In this document: in pieces, positions 37,625 to 51,904 of the stretch
How the letters are laid out: every line of letters starts with the position of its first letter
Numbering within the stretch: the first letter of the stretch is position 1
Assembly: GCA_951406725.2 (NCBI GenBank)
Contig: OX597827.1
Coordinates: 30,938,001-31,002,000, forward strand
Origin: Octopus vulgaris
Taxonomy: Eukaryota
DNA length: 64,000 nt
Direction of reading: 5' to 3'
Made by a program: the position numbers and the translations under genes
Notes under the pieces: generated by a model
What the model was told of the DNA's origin: nothing
The model's input: the letters and a program-made list of their open reading frames with translations, nothing else
The model's database searches: none

Positions 37625-38500
37625 TATGTGATGCCTGTGTGTAAACAGCCATACTTAACGACTATGTCCACAGAGGACACGCAAAGGCTTGTAAGAAATG
37701 GAGCTAGTATGCTTTGCTGGAAGTGCAATGTTGGTGTGCATGTTTGACAGAGCATAAGTATCTTGAGAGAAAAGTTGGTCATAAGAGGTATCAGATGTAT
37801 GTATGAGAGAGACAACTATGCTGGTATGGTCATGTGATAAATATGGATGAGGACAGCTGTGTAAAAAAAGTGCCGATCTCTAACTGTGGTGGGAACCTGT
37901 GGAAGAGTAGACCCAGGAAGATATGAAACAAGGTAGTGAAGCATGATCGTTGAATGTTGGGCCTCACAGAGGCGATGATAAATGTCTGAGCCTTTTGGCG
38001 ATCTGCTGTGCTTGAGTAGACTTGTCAAGCTAATTGAAATCATAGTGATGGTCATTGGAGGTGTCATGCAAATGGCACTTGTGGAATTGTAATCGTAACC
38101 ATTGCTGGTAACATGATCTTCGAATGTTGGATGTTACGGAGGCGATGACAAGAGACTGCAACCATTTGCAATATGCTGTGCTGAGAAAACTTGTTAAGCC
38201 AAGTGAAACTAGTTGTGACTGTTGCTGGTTAACCCAAGTGAAATCGTAGTCAAGGCCATTGTTGATGTCATGTAAATGGTATCCATGAAATTGTAGTCAT
38301 GGCTGTTGCCAGTGTCATGTGCTAGTGGTACATAAAAAGCATCCATTACACTCTCGGAGTGGTTGGCGTTAGGAAGGACGACAAGCTGTAGAAACTGTGC
38401 CAAATCAGATTGGAACCTGGTTCTACTTTCTGGCTTACCAGTTCCAGTCTAACCCATGCCAGCATGGAAAGTGGATGTTAAATGACGATGATGATGATGG
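37625..38500 (+). mobile_element. Decayed RTE LINE 3' end with tail
   Basis: Nucleotide similarity to the 3' RT region of the other RTE copies (gagacaactatgctggtatggtcatgtg, gtagacccaggaaga) and a (GAT)n tail at about 38485-38498. Confidence 0.75.
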
Positions 38501-40744
38501 TGGGAAAGGATCTTCAGACTTTTGGCCTCACAGAGGAAATGACAAGGGACCGAGACTTCTGGCAGTTTGCTGTGGTTGAGAAGAGACATCAGGCTAAGTA
38601 AAAATGTGGCCATCCATACATACAGGCAAGTCCTCTACATCCCTATCTCAGCTGAGAGGATCTTGCCATGAAGGCTTGCAGGTGCTGGTACCACATAAAA
38701 CACTCATGGCGGTACCACATAAAAGCACCCATGCTGGTACCACGTAAAAAGCACCCAGTACACTCTGTGAAGTGGTTGGCATTAGGAAGAGCATCCAACC
38801 GTAGAAACCATGTTAAGGTAAGACAATTGGAACCTTGCCAGCTCTCCAGCTGACCAGCTCTTGTCAAAGCATTCAACCCATGCCAGCATGGAAAAAAAGA
38901 TGTCGATGATGATATTTAAATACTTATAGGCAAGACATTCCAGGCATGTCAAAGAGAGCCTGTACAAACAGCAATGGATGCAAAACAGTTCCCGAAAGGT
39001 CACCCCTCAAAATTATTTCCTTTGAGAAATAATTGGGCTGCAATTTCCTGACTTAGTATTTCTGAAGACATTTTGTAGTCCCACTCCTAGTTTTCCAACT
39101 ATTCCAACGCTGCACTGTTTGCAACATATCATACCTATTTCTTTATTACCCACAAGGGGCTAAACATAGAGGGGACAAACAAGGACAGACATAGGTATTA
39201 AGTCGATTACATCGACCCCAGTGCGTAACTGGTACTTAATTTATCGACCCCGAAAGGATGAAAGGCAAAGTCGACCTCAGCGGAATTTGAACTCACAACG
39301 TAACGGCAGCCGAAATACCGCTAAGCATTTTGCCCGACATGCTAACGTTTCTGCCAGCTCGCCGCCTTACCACCATCAACTTTATTATCTTCACAATGTC
39401 AAGAGACATCACATCACATGTCTGAATGGTTGAGCAGCTGTTTCAACATCCTGTAATAATTCTATAGAAGCCGTGTGAGGTGGAAGCTTCCTGGACAGAG
39501 AAGCCATGCTATGTGTTGTTTAGTAAGTAATTTCCTTCCAAGTCCATGGTCAGTTTCCCTCTAATAATTCATTCCACAATTTCATTTATATGTGAAATCA
39601 AAGGCATAAGGCATATTATGCTTTCTTTTAATCTTTTTGTTTTTGAATTTGCTATGTGCAAGGAAGTTTTGGGAAAGTGTCTGAAGTGATTTTCCAAAAC
39701 CTGTTCACATGTTTTTAAGAGAATTGGGGCTTTTATTTTTTTATCTTTTACATGTTTCAGTCATGAAACTGCAACCATGCTGGAGCACTTCCTTGAAGAA
39801 TTTTAGTTGAATCAACCCCAGTACTTTTTTTTTTAAGCCTGGTACTTTTTCTGTCCATCTCTTTTGCTAAACTGCTAAGTTACGGAGATGTAGACACATT
39901 AACACCAGTTGTTAAGTGGTGGCAGGTGACAAATACAGACACACATATATACAATGGGCTTCTTTCAGTTTCCGTCTACGAAATCCACTTACAAAGCTTT
40001 GCTTGGCCTAATGCTATAGAAGACACTTGCCCAAGGCGCCTCACACTGGGACTGATCCTGGAACTGTGTGGTTGGTAAGCAAACTTCTTACCACACAACC
40101 ACACTTGTACCTCTATGGCTGATATATTACATCTTCATTGATGATGATGAGGTTATCAATCAATGGTTGCCATTTCTTCATGTTGAGCTGTAGTGTTGAA
40201 GAACTGATCTGGTTGGTTTACTTTTAACCCTTTAGCATTTAGATTATTCTCAAAATGAAATCAAATCACAGTCAAATGGAAATTGTAGTTGTGGTCCCCG
40301 TGTTAGTGGCACGTAAAAAGCACCATCCAATTGTGGTTTATGCCAACCCCCTCTGGCCCCTGTGCCGGTGGCATGTAAAAAACACCCACTACACTCACGG
40401 AGTGGTTGGTATTAGGAAAGGCATCTAGCTGTAGAAACCTTGCCAGATCAGACTGGTGCCTGGTGCAGCTTCCTGGCTTTCCAGACCCCAGTTGAACCGT
40501 GCAACTCATGCCAGCATGGAAAACAGATGTTAAACAATGATGATGATGTAATGCTTATATATTCACATTGTTTTGAATTAATCATGCATTATCTTGTAGC
40601 TTTGAGATTTCAATTGACTGACTCTATATTTTTTAGATTAACATTGTTGGGTAGGTGTGAGAGGCTGAATCTGGCCAGTTTGAACATAAAACAAAAAGAA
40701 TAGTTTGGTTGGATCCGGCCAGTTTAAATGCTAAAGGCTTAAAT

Positions 40745-41650
40745 TGTCCATTCAAAATTTAATTTATCATTTTGGTAAGTCTGCTTTCTGTGAGCTATTT
40801 CTTTGGAATAACACCCCTATTTTGTAATGTACTGAGGGGAATTCTTTTGCTTACAAGTTTTTAGGATTGATTGTTAAATTTTCTATAGGTTTGGTTGTTT
40901 TTTTTTCTAGTCTCTTGATTTTTGGGGAGTGGCAATTTGTTTTCAATTTTTAGGAATGTCCTTTTTAAATTAGATTTTTCACTGTCCTTGAGTTTTTCAT
41001 TTAAGCAATTTCAAATCTTTGTTCTTTGTCTCATAAAACTTTTCTGTCTCTGGGAATTAAATTTTTGTATGTGTTGATCTTCCTTTCTGGGACAAGTTTA
41101 ATGCATATGGCTTGCACTATTGACATAGATTGCTCGAAATTTTTGTTATTATTTTTGCATTGAGGAGCTTTTGTGCTAGTTTGGTTTAAGCATCTCATTT
41201 TGAATCAAATTCCAGTTAGCTTTGTGGAAGTTAAAAAATAGGATAGTGATCTGGAGCTTTGTGTGGGGTGAATATCTCTAGTTTTCATTAGACCGTGCAT
41301 TCTTAGTTCTGTTATTTTATATTTTACATGACTTGAGTTTCTTATCATTTGTGAAACAGAGATCCAAAATGTTCTTGGTTGGGGGCACAGTATTACATAT
41401 CCCAAGAACAGCATTTTTGAAAGGTCAAGTAGAAATTTTGCTTGTCTTTGTTGTTGCAGTGACATACCTAAAAGAATATAGCTTTTGGGTCATTTGGCAT
41501 TGATGGAGTTGATGTCTTTCACTAGAAGCAAACTGGAGTCGGTCTAGTTTGCTGAAAAGCTCTTCTATCTTTCTGAAGCTATCCTAAGGTCCTGCCATCA
41601 TATTTTAAAGCATCTGGCGGAGAAATGCTGTGTATATGTTTATAAGTACA
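40745..41650 (-). pseudogene. Decayed CR1-like endonuclease/linker remnant
   Basis: Minus strand encodes PPTKNILDLCFTND, matching PTRANNILDLCFTNN of the element at 4310-8283. Boundaries approximate. Confidence 0.55.
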
Positions 41651-42057
41651 TAGTTGCTTTATGTGGAATTATAGTGTATCTCAAACTGTGTTTAAGTGTG
41701 ACAGCTTGATTGTGTTAAATTTTTACAAATGCACCTCATGGCAACTTCTTCATGGTTTCTTCCTTGTCATGAGGAAATTTAGTGTATAGTAATCCCTCTG
41801 CTATCGCAGTTGTTCTGTTCCCAAACCCCCCATGATAGGTGAAAATCTTTTTTTAATTCTTTTATTTGTTTGTCATTTGACTGTGGCTATGCTAGAGCAC
41901 CGCCTTTAGTCGAGCAAATCAACCCCAGGACTTATTCTTTGTAAGCCTAGTACTTATTCTATTGGCCTCTTTTGCCAAACCACTAAGTGACGGGGACGTA
42001 AACACACCAGCATCAGTTGTCAAACGATGTTGGGGAGACAAACACAGACACACAAAC

Positions 42058-42097
<40 letters not shown>

Positions 42098-42408
42098 ACG
42101 GGCTTCTTTCAGTTTTCGTCTACCAAATCCAATCACAAGGCTTTGGTCGGCCAGAGGTTATAGTAGAAGACACCTGCCCAAGGTGCCATGCAATGGGACT
42201 GAACCCGGAACTATGTACTTACCACACAGCCACTCCTGCATACTGCATATTTAAAAAAAATATTTTTATAATTTGTATATATTTTATTATAAATGCAAAA
42301 CAACAGAGAAATCGGCATAAGCTTAAATAATAAACCGCAATACGGCAAGAGAATACTGTATATACATATACACAGACACTCATATACACACACACACACA
42401 CACATATA

Positions 42409-43133
42409 TCTCTATATATAAAACTGAAATGCGTTTTTACCACTTGGATCGCTTTCAATGCCACTACATCCCGTCCGATTCGCTCCAAAATTTACAGGGA
42501 CATGTAGAATGAGGTGACGATGCCCGTGGGCTACCTTAGAAATCCCTATCTTGAAAGGTGTGGTTGCTAGGGGCCATCTTCCTCACTCACACTATTTCCT
42601 CCTTTCCCTCTCTTACTCCCCTTCATTTATAACTTTGAGAAGTCCACTCCCGTTATTTAATGTATTCCCCTCAACTCCCTTTCACTTTCCCTTTATAAGT
42701 TTGTCAGGCGGCATTCTTTGATGTATCTGCGTTCATAGAGAGAATTATCATCGCTACCAACAACACACAATCATGAGAACAAATATTATGAATCAGATAT
42801 TCATTGCGTTCATTTATATATGTGTTGTGTGTGTGTGTTCGATATATAAATATGTATATATAATAAGTGTATATATCTGTATTTATGTATATTAAACTTT
42901 TTAATACTTTTTGATAGTTATATATATTTTTAAACAAATTATAAATATAATTTAATAATTTTTATTTTAAATTTAAATAATTTAAATTTTTCAATTTTAT
43001 ATATTTTCTATATTATATTTTTATTTTTATGTTTTTGTTTTGTTTTTTTGCCTATTAGTGGTTTTATCTCTAATTTAATTTATATATATATATATAATTT
43101 GTATATATAATGCGTGCACACACACACACACAT

Positions 43134-43204
<71 letters not shown>

Positions 43205-45449
43205 GTGTGCATTATGTGGTCGGTCGGTTCAGCTGAAAATATGCACACCTATGAACCCTTTCGTTACTATATTTCTGACCAAAATACACCCCTTTTGTGT
43301 TTCAATTAATTTCTAACATAATCATAAAGTTAGTCTGGTTTCATTAAACAACTATAACTTTTTTATTTATCAATATATTAATGTGATTTTTGGAAGATAA
43401 TTTAATGAAATGTTCTCAACCAATTCTATACTATAATTTTTGTCACAAAGTGACTCTAATTGCAGGTAGATACAGGTAAATTCAACAAAATATAAAATTA
43501 TTAAAATTTTGTTCAAACATCGCTAAAGAAAATGGGTTATTAGCTAATATTCAATTGGGTATACAACAAAATTTTACGATAGAATTTGTTATTCTGGGTA
43601 ACTTTCTGATACCCATAATAATATTTATGGCAAAATAGTCTTAATTTCATTTAAGGTTGTGGGAAAGCACTAACTATCCTTTCTTTCGCTTTGTTTACAT
43701 TTAGCGTAACGGTTCGTTTCCGCCGTAATGATTTCAAATAGGCTCATTCGAAAAAGTAAAAAGAAATAGTCTAAGGCTTTACTCTCCTGGGAAAGTCTGT
43801 GGCTTGGTCCAGTTTCTTCAGAAAAATCACCGAAAGAAACAGTTTTTCAATTTTCACTCCATTCAGGTGCCAATTCATTTTCTTTATCGCAGTCAGAGCT
43901 CTCGGATTCACTGTTTTCACTTTCGGAAAATGAAACATCAGATTCATTATCAAATACCACGTGCTTTTTTTTTTCAGTCATAGAGTTAGATTTATCAAGG
44001 TCTTCAGTAGAAAATCCTTCGAATTCTGACTCGCTGCTTGATATGATGAAATTCGTATCCATTTTTTGTCAGAATTACAAAGTTTGAGAACACAATAGGA
44101 GCAAATTTTGGAAAAAAATCTCCCAAAATTCACGGAATTAAAATTACACTTCGATCGTTGTACAAAACTGTAGATGAACTGTTTACGAAGTATAATCACG
44201 TGTTTTCACGAATGTAATAAAGAGATTTGCTATGATATTCTCATTTAAATATGAATACGGGCGGGTTTGGTCACATTAACCAAAATTTTTTTTCGGGCGG
44301 CTTTGGGCGGTTTGGTAATGAAAGGGTTAAAAGTGCTGGCAAGTTTGCATGACAACTATTTTTTTCCTCAAATGAAAGGTGTGACCTCTAGGACAAAATT
44401 CCTCATCTTATAAAATGTGGCCCCAGTAGACCCGAATGAAATCGGGTTATATTAACCAAAAGGTGAAAAGGGGTATAAATGGGGCTGGAAGGGGATTAAA
44501 ATTTAAAGGAGCGAGTGTTTAGGAATTCTCTGTTACATCAAGCTAAAAAATTTGCGCCAGCCTTTTAATCTTCAATGTGTTGCCGTCCATGATGAAGAGG
44601 TTTTGAATGCTTGCCATGGTGAGTCTACTGTCGTGAGAAAGAATCACTTCAAAACTTGGTGTTTACGAATTTTCTTTTACATCAAGTTCAAAATTTTACG
44701 CCAGCCGTTAAACTGTCAATACGTTGCTGTCCGTCGTTAAGAAATGCCAGTCATGGTGACTCTACTATCCTCAGATTCTATCCCTTCAAACTTTGCTTTC
44801 CAATATTTCATTATTTTTATTCAGCTCGCAAGTTTGTCTGTCCCTTTTAAATGTTAGCGTTTTGCTGTCTGCCTTGAAGCAGACCTTTCCGTTGCCACTG
44901 CCTGATATTTATGATTGATCTTTCTAAATATTTTATTTCTCAACTTACTCAAGAGCTTTTGTTGTTTATAAATAGGAGAGAGATAGATAAAGATAGAGAG
45001 TAAGAGAAAGCGAGGGAGAGTCCGAGAGAAAAGAAAAGTAAGAGAGTGGGAAAGTGAGAGAGAAACAAAGAGGGAGAATCATCATCATCGTTTAACGTCC
45101 GTTTTCCGTCCTAGCACGGGTTGGTCAGTTTGACCGGGGTCTGGGAAGCCAGGAGGCTGCACCAGGCTCCAGTATGATCTGGCAGTGTTTCTACAGGTGG
45201 ATGACCTTCCTAACGCCAACCACTCTGTGAGTGTAGTGGGTGCTTTTTTCGTGCCGCCGGCACAGGTGCCAGGGGGCTCGCAGCGGCAATGATCGGTTGG
45301 TGCTTTTTAAGTGCCACTGGCACAGAAGCCAGTCAAGGCGGCGCTGCAATCGGCCACGTTCGGATGGTGCTTTTTACGTGCTGAAAGGAAGCAACAGAAA
45401 GTAACAACCACACTCTTACCCGCGCGTAGAGCAGGTCACCTTCAGCTAG
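42409..45449 (+). mobile_element. Non-autonomous Helitron-like element with nested insertions
   Basis: 5' A|TCTCTATATATAAAA start. Subterminal GC hairpin (acccgcgcgtagagcaggt) followed by CTAG|T at 45446-45450. No TSD. That the two ends belong to one element is inferred. Confidence 0.55.
43256..44326 (-). mobile_element. Internally deleted piggyBac element
   Basis: TIRs ccctttcgttac / gtaatgaaaggg, with TTAA on the right and tgaa on the left. Acidic N-terminal transposase remnant SSSESEFEGFSTED..SESESSD..PEWSEN. Confidence 0.75.
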
Positions 45450-47988
45450 TATATATATACATATAAACGTGCGAGCATGACGGATTTCTTTTAAGTTTCT
45501 GTTTACCAAATCCACTCACAAGGCTTTGGGGCTATAGTAGAAGACATTTGTCCAAGGTGTCACGCAGTCGATATATTGAACCCAGAACCAAGTGGTTTTG
45601 GAGCAAACTTCTTAGTACACAGCCATGCTTCCGCCTGTGTGTGTGTGTGTGTGTGCATATTACACACACACACATACATACATATGCACGCTCATATGTA
45701 TGTTAGCCATTATTGTCCCTGACTATGCCTAACTTAATAACACCACCTATCATAGTCCACTCATGTAAGGAGAATTTTGCCGAAAAGAAGGGCGTGTATG
45801 TGTATGCATCATAAGAACATGCTATAAAGGCGACACAGTGTCTTATCCTGCATATGGTACTTTAAGAAATTGCTTCTCTTTTCAACTTTGCGAGAGTTTA
45901 ACCCTGCTTCATTTTTCACAGTGTATACATACAATCCATCAAATGGATTTTTATTAAACAAGAAATAATAAATCAATCAATAAAATTAATCCGATTTTCC
46001 ACATAAATTAACGATTATTTCACATGTAACCTAAGTTTCTTCTTTCAGTTTCCTTTGATTATTCTGTTTCACTTTCGTTCAGTCCACCTTCTTTCACTTT
46101 GTTGTTCGCCATTACACATAAATAGATTCAAGGTAGCAGTCCTCAACCTTATTTTTCCGTGACGGTCTGAGTTCGTGCCAAACAATTTTCCCACGGACTT
46201 GGGGATCACGCGCATAACAAACCACAAAGTGTATATTATGTAATATATATTTATTACATCGATCATCCATCCATCCACTGCAGAAACACCCTGCAGATTG
46301 CGGTAATCAATAAAATTTGTAAATTTTTTCTTTGTGTGTGGCCCACTACCAAATGATCTACTGTTTGGTTTATAGGGATCCGTGGCTTTATAGGGGGCGT
46401 TTGTCTTTAGGAGGCGGTGAGGTAACGTAATTAACATACTAAATTCTACCTATAGTAGTAATTATATTATACATGATAAAACTAGTAATGGATGTTAAAA
46501 TAAAATGAGCTCTCGTCGGGCACAGGCAAGTCACTAACTTGCTATGTATAAAGTAAATTTACAACTTTTAAATTTTTTTATCATTTCACTGTTAAAAGCT
46601 TATACAATCCATGTTAGTTTAATCGTGTTTACCCCACTCACCATTTAGGTGGGCGCTAGGTATTACAACAATTTAAAAATTTTGTTAAGCTGGTGTTTGT
46701 TTGGTACATGGTTTTGGTTCACTTTAAACAGGAAGTTGGTATCAAAAAGATTAAAGGTATTTTGTTGCTACTTCTAGCAGTTCAATCGAATGTAGAGATT
46801 AATCATGAATGAGCAAATTGGGGCCTGTGGGGTTTTTTGAATGTCAAGCTTGACGAAAAATTACTTCGAAATTTTTTTTTTTAGTTGTAAGGTCTGTTTG
46901 ATCACTGAGTTATGTCTCATGCAGCCCACTTCTCGAAAAAAGGTTACCCAAGCAACCTTGGTACTTCTTCATTTCTAGGGGTCCCATGAAAATAAAAATG
47001 AAATGTTTTTACCTGTTTGAATATGTTTGTTTATCTTGTCCAAAGTGAAGATACAGTTACCTCCTTAACTGGGTCAATGAAAATTATTGGTTGTCGGGGG
47101 CGCTGAAAATTAAATTGATGAAGGTAGTGTTTGGTAATGCCGAGATAGCTCATGGACTGTTGTTTCTGCTAAAACATTTATGTTGCACTATATCTAACTG
47201 GTGCTGTGTTTATTTTTACCATTCACGATATAGTAATTAATCATTTAATTTTTTTTTATTGGAAGACACTAGATCCTTACTTTCATTTTTTCTAGAGAAA
47301 AAAGAAACGTTCTCGAAATAAAAACATCATTAAATTTTTGACAAGGCAAGAACTTTTACCTTCCTGGGTCCTCAGAAATATAGTAGTGTCTAAAATTTTC
47401 TGAAACCAATGTTTGATAGGGTGTTTGAAAGTAAAGAATACGTGCACCCGGTTTTGGGTTAGGGTTTTTGTTATGCCGAAAACGGGTGGTGTATGTCGTC
47501 TTTACCTCCGCCCAACAAATGTTTCAGGAGAAAAAAAAAAAGAAACAAACTTGAGGCAACCGACTCATAGAAGTCCAATTATTGCCTTCAAAGCTAACAA
47601 ACCCACAAATGTTCGAAATTTCCAATAAAATACATAGAAATTAAATGGAGTTTACAAAGACTACAGAGATGGGACAGAAAAGTTATGCAGAGAAAAGGTT
47701 AGGGGTGAAAGGCGTTAAAAAATGTAAGGGGACAAGTTACAAATGATTAAAAGCAAATAATTTACATGGAATAAATAAAAACGAAAGGAAAATTAGTCCT
47801 TCTTTCGATTTACCATTGCAACGTGAAAGCGGAAGTTTTTCGTTAGCAATCAGTATCAAAAAGTTGAAATTTTCGAAAAAGAAAGTTAAGTTATAATTTC
47901 TGTATTTTGAAATGCAGAATACCCCGAAAAATATTTCGCAAAGTAGTTAAAAACGAAAAATTTGAGATATATATATATATATATATAT

Positions 47989-50900
47989 CATCATCATCAT
48001 CATCATCATCGTTTAACGTCCGCTTTCCGCGCTAGCACGGGTTGGACGGTTTGACCGGGTCTGGGAAGCCAGGGGCCGCTCCAGGCTCCAGTCTGAATCT
48101 GGCAGAGTTTCTACGGCTGGATGCCCTTCCTAACGCCAACCACTCCGTGAGTGGATTGGGTGCTTTTTACGTGCCACCTGCACAGGGGCCGGAGGGTCCG
48201 GCATCGTCACGATCGGATTCGAGCATTTTAACGTGTCAGCGGCACGGAGGCAACGAGGTCCGGGGTACTTTGGGGATTGGGGTATTTTGGGGATCCAGGG
48301 TACTTTGGGGATCCGGGGTACTTTGGGGATCCGGGGTACTTAGAATGGGTAGGGGGGTACTTAGAATGGGTAGGGGGTACTTAGAATGGGTAGGGGGTAT
48401 GTGGAATTGCTGCAGAAAGCAGCCCGGGTCTTTGTAGTCACAGCATATCTCCAGAGATCTCGGTCCTTCGCCATTGCCTCAGTGAGGCCCAATGCTCTGA
48501 GGTCATGCTTGACCACCTCATCCCATGTCTTCCTGGGTCTACCTCTCCCCCTGATACCTTCAACTGTTTGGGAGTGGCACTTCTTCACACATCTCTCTTC
48601 ATCCATCCGCAGCACATGACCATACCATCGCAAGCGTCGCTCTTGCACACCACATCTGATGCTTCTTATATCCAGCATTTCTCTCAGGATACTTACACTC
48701 TGTTTTGCGTGCACACTGACACTACACATCCAGCGGATCATGCTAGCTTCATTTCTTTCAAGTCTACGCATGTCTTCTGCAGTCACAGCCCATGTTTCAT
48801 TACCGTGAAGCATGGCAGTTCGCACACATGCATCATATAATCTACCTTTTGCTCTGAGGGAGAGGCCTTTTGTTGCCAGTAGGGGTAGGAGCTTTCTGAA
48901 CTTTGCCCAGGCTATTCGTATTCTAGTGGTGATACTCTCTGTGCATCCACCTCCGATACTAACTTGGTCTCCCAGGTAGCGGAAACTATCAACTACTTCT
49001 AGTTTCTCTCCCTGGAGTGTGATGGAATCTGTTTTCTGAGTGTCTGTTGTGTCTATTGTCCCTGTGCATCTGCCGCACATGAAAGCTATCTTATCTGTTA
49101 ATTTCCCTTTAATGTTGCTGCACCTCTTATGTGTCCATAACTTACATTGGGTGCATCTTATGGAGTTTCTACCTGTACCTTTCCTACAGGTTGAGCAGGG
49201 CCACCTACCCGAGGGGATGTGTGTTGAGTACCTCTTGCTGCTTACTAATACTTTGGTCTTTGCTACATTTATTCTAAGGCCCTTTGATTCCAACCCTTGC
49301 TTCCATACCCGAAATTTCTCTTCTAGTTCCGGTAGTGATTCTGCTATGAGAGCTAGGTCATCGGCATAGAGGAGCTCCCAGGGGCATCCCGTTTTGAATT
49401 CCTCTGTTATTGCTTGAAGTACTATGATGAACAAAAGGGGACTGAGGGCTGAGCCCTGGTGCACACCTACTTCTACTCGGAATTCTTCACTATATTCGTT
49501 GCCAATCCTAACCTTGCTAACAGCCTCTCTGTATAGAGCCTGTACAGCCCTTATTAGCCATTCTTCAATCTCCAGTTTCCGCATCGACCACCAGATAAGG
49601 GAATGGGGAACCCTGTCAAAGGCTTTCTCCAAGTCTACAAAAGCTATGTAGAGGGGTTTATCTTTAGCTAGGTACTTCTCCTGCAGTTGTCGGACCAGGA
49701 ATATAGCATCAGTGGTGCTTCTACCTGGTACAAAGCCGAACTGCATTTCATCTAAACAAATTCTCTCCCTAATGAGATTGGTTATGACCTTCTCTGAGAC
49801 CTTCATCACCTGGTCCAACAGTTTGATACCTCTGTAGTTATTTCTATCTAGAGCATCACCCTTACCCTTGTAGCAGTTGACTATGGTACTGCTGCACCAG
49901 TCATTGGGTATGGCTCCATTGTGAACTACCTGGTTTACAATGCGGGTGACTATGGCATGGCCCACATAGCCAGCTGTTTTAAGCATCTCAGCAGTGATTC
50001 CTGATAGGCCAGGGGCTTTGCCTGGTTTCATATCCTTAATTGCCTTATCTACAAGGGAGCTGTCTATTCGGGTAGCTGGTCCCTCTACTGGGTCAACATT
50101 TGGCAGGCTCTCCTCCTCCCATTCATTCTCCTCATTTAGCAGTCTTTCATAATGGCTTCTCCAAGCCTCTTTCTTTTCACTAGTAGTAAAAGCAAAGTAA
50201 AAGCAAGTGCCCCATCATCCATGCGGACACATTTCTCTCCTATAACATCGCTATTTTCTCTGACACACTGTCTGGCAATCCGAAATACTTCAGCTCTTTG
50301 ATCCTCGCGACGCTGGACATTGGCAAACTTCTTCTTTTCTGCTACATCTTTGGCAATGTATACCTGCCGCCCAGCCTCCTTTTGGCTATCTGGTACAGTT
50401 CCCTGCTGCCCCCCTCCTTCCAGGCTTTCCAGGCCCGTCTCTTTTCACAGATGGCTTTATCTACTGCACTATTCCACCACCACGTAATTCTAGGTCTGGA
50501 AGGGATTCTTTGCACCATCCACAGACTTGGTCTGTGGCACTCAACAAGCTGTCCCGTAGGAATTCCCAGCTACCTTCTATGTCTGACGTCTGAAGCTCCT
50601 CTTCCCTCTCATCAAATTTCTTGATGAGTATGTCCCTAAATTTCTTGACCATGCGAAGGGTTCTTTAGCCTCCAAATCCTTCTTTTCTGGATTGGTTTGT
50701 TTCTTGGAGTCCTTCTGGCCTCAAGCTTAAAGTCACTGATGATTAGTCTATGCTGAGGGATACATTCTTCACCCGGGAGGGTCTTTGTATTCAAGAGCAA
50801 CCCTGCATCCCGTTGTCTGGTGAGGATGAAGTCTATTTGGCTAGCGGAGTCTCCTGACTGATAAGTTATAAGGTGGCAGACTGGCTTCTTGAAGTTAGTG

Positions 50901-51800
50901 TTGCAGATTGAAAGGTTACATGCATCACAGAATTCCAGTAGTCTAGTTCCCTCATCGTTTCTGGTGCCAATACCATATCCACCATGTACCCCAGTGAAGA
51001 TACCCGATTCCCGCCCAACATGCCCGTTAAAATCTCCACCTACAAAGATGAGGTCCTTGTTACTAGGTCTTTGAAGTAGCCTGCAGAAGGGTATCATAAA
51101 AGTTGTCCTTCTGATCATTTGGTAGTCCCGCTTGTGGGGCATAGGCTGAGATAATCATAGCTGTGCCACTCTGTAGGACCAACCTGAGCTTAAGCACTCT
51201 ATCACAAACCCTGACAACCTCTATGACCTTATCCACCCATTCCTCCGCAAGGAGAATGCCTACACCCCCTACACCTTCCGCGTTACCTTGCCAGTAGAGT
51301 TTGTATCTAAGTGCCTTGCCCGTGAGGACCCTAGCCGAAGCATCTCTCCATCTTACCTCTTGTATGCAGCATACATCAACCTGTCTTCTCTCTAGCATCT
51401 CTACAATCTCACTAGACTTGCCTGTCAATGTACCAACATTGATAGTGCCAACTCTGAAAACTGGGAAGGAGATGTGGGGGGGACAGGGGGGATTCGGCGC
51501 CTGAGAAGAGGAGGGTTGTAGTGGTGGTGATAGTTTTCGTGGTATTTTTCTTTTGATCTCTCTTCCAACCTGACCACGTCGTGGGCAGGAGCTGGTGTTA
51601 GCAGTGGACATTTGTTATCGTCTCTGAGTAACGTAATTAGGTAGAGGAAAGAAATACAGATATTCTAGAGTTGAGTTGGGGAGGTCCAGTTGAGGCGGGT
51701 AATATAGAGGGAGCAACCAGTGGGGAAGGTTGGGGTAAGGAGGGAACGATGGCAGGAAGGGTTGGTGTAGGTTCCTAAGAAATAAAAACGTAGGAAATAG
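47989..51800 (-). mobile_element. Near full-length RTE-clade LINE (APE + RT + PHD-like finger), frameshifted
   Basis: ORFs 51063-51611 (RVGTINVGTLTG, CIQEVRW, SAYAPQ), 50636-51142 (GGDFNGHVG, QIDFIL, QHRL) and 48361-50031 ([47 protein letters not shown]). (GAT)n tail at 47989-48010. Confidence 0.93.
48260..48400. repeat. G-rich minisatellite in the RTE 3' region
   Basis: About four copies of ggggtactttggggatcc followed by three copies of ggggtacttagaatgggtag. Confidence 0.85.
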
Positions 51801-51904
51801 CATGGGTTGGTGACAGGAAGAGCATCCAACCAGAGAAACTCTGCCGCTTGCAAGAATGGAAAAGTGGAAGTTCAAACGATGACGACGACGTTGATATCTT
51901 TTGT

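Noticed and set aside
51570-51800. HDV-like ribozyme at the RTE 5' end
   Set aside because: Only a simple hairpin (cctgcccac/gtggtcagg) is visible; the nested double pseudoknot could not be built by eye.
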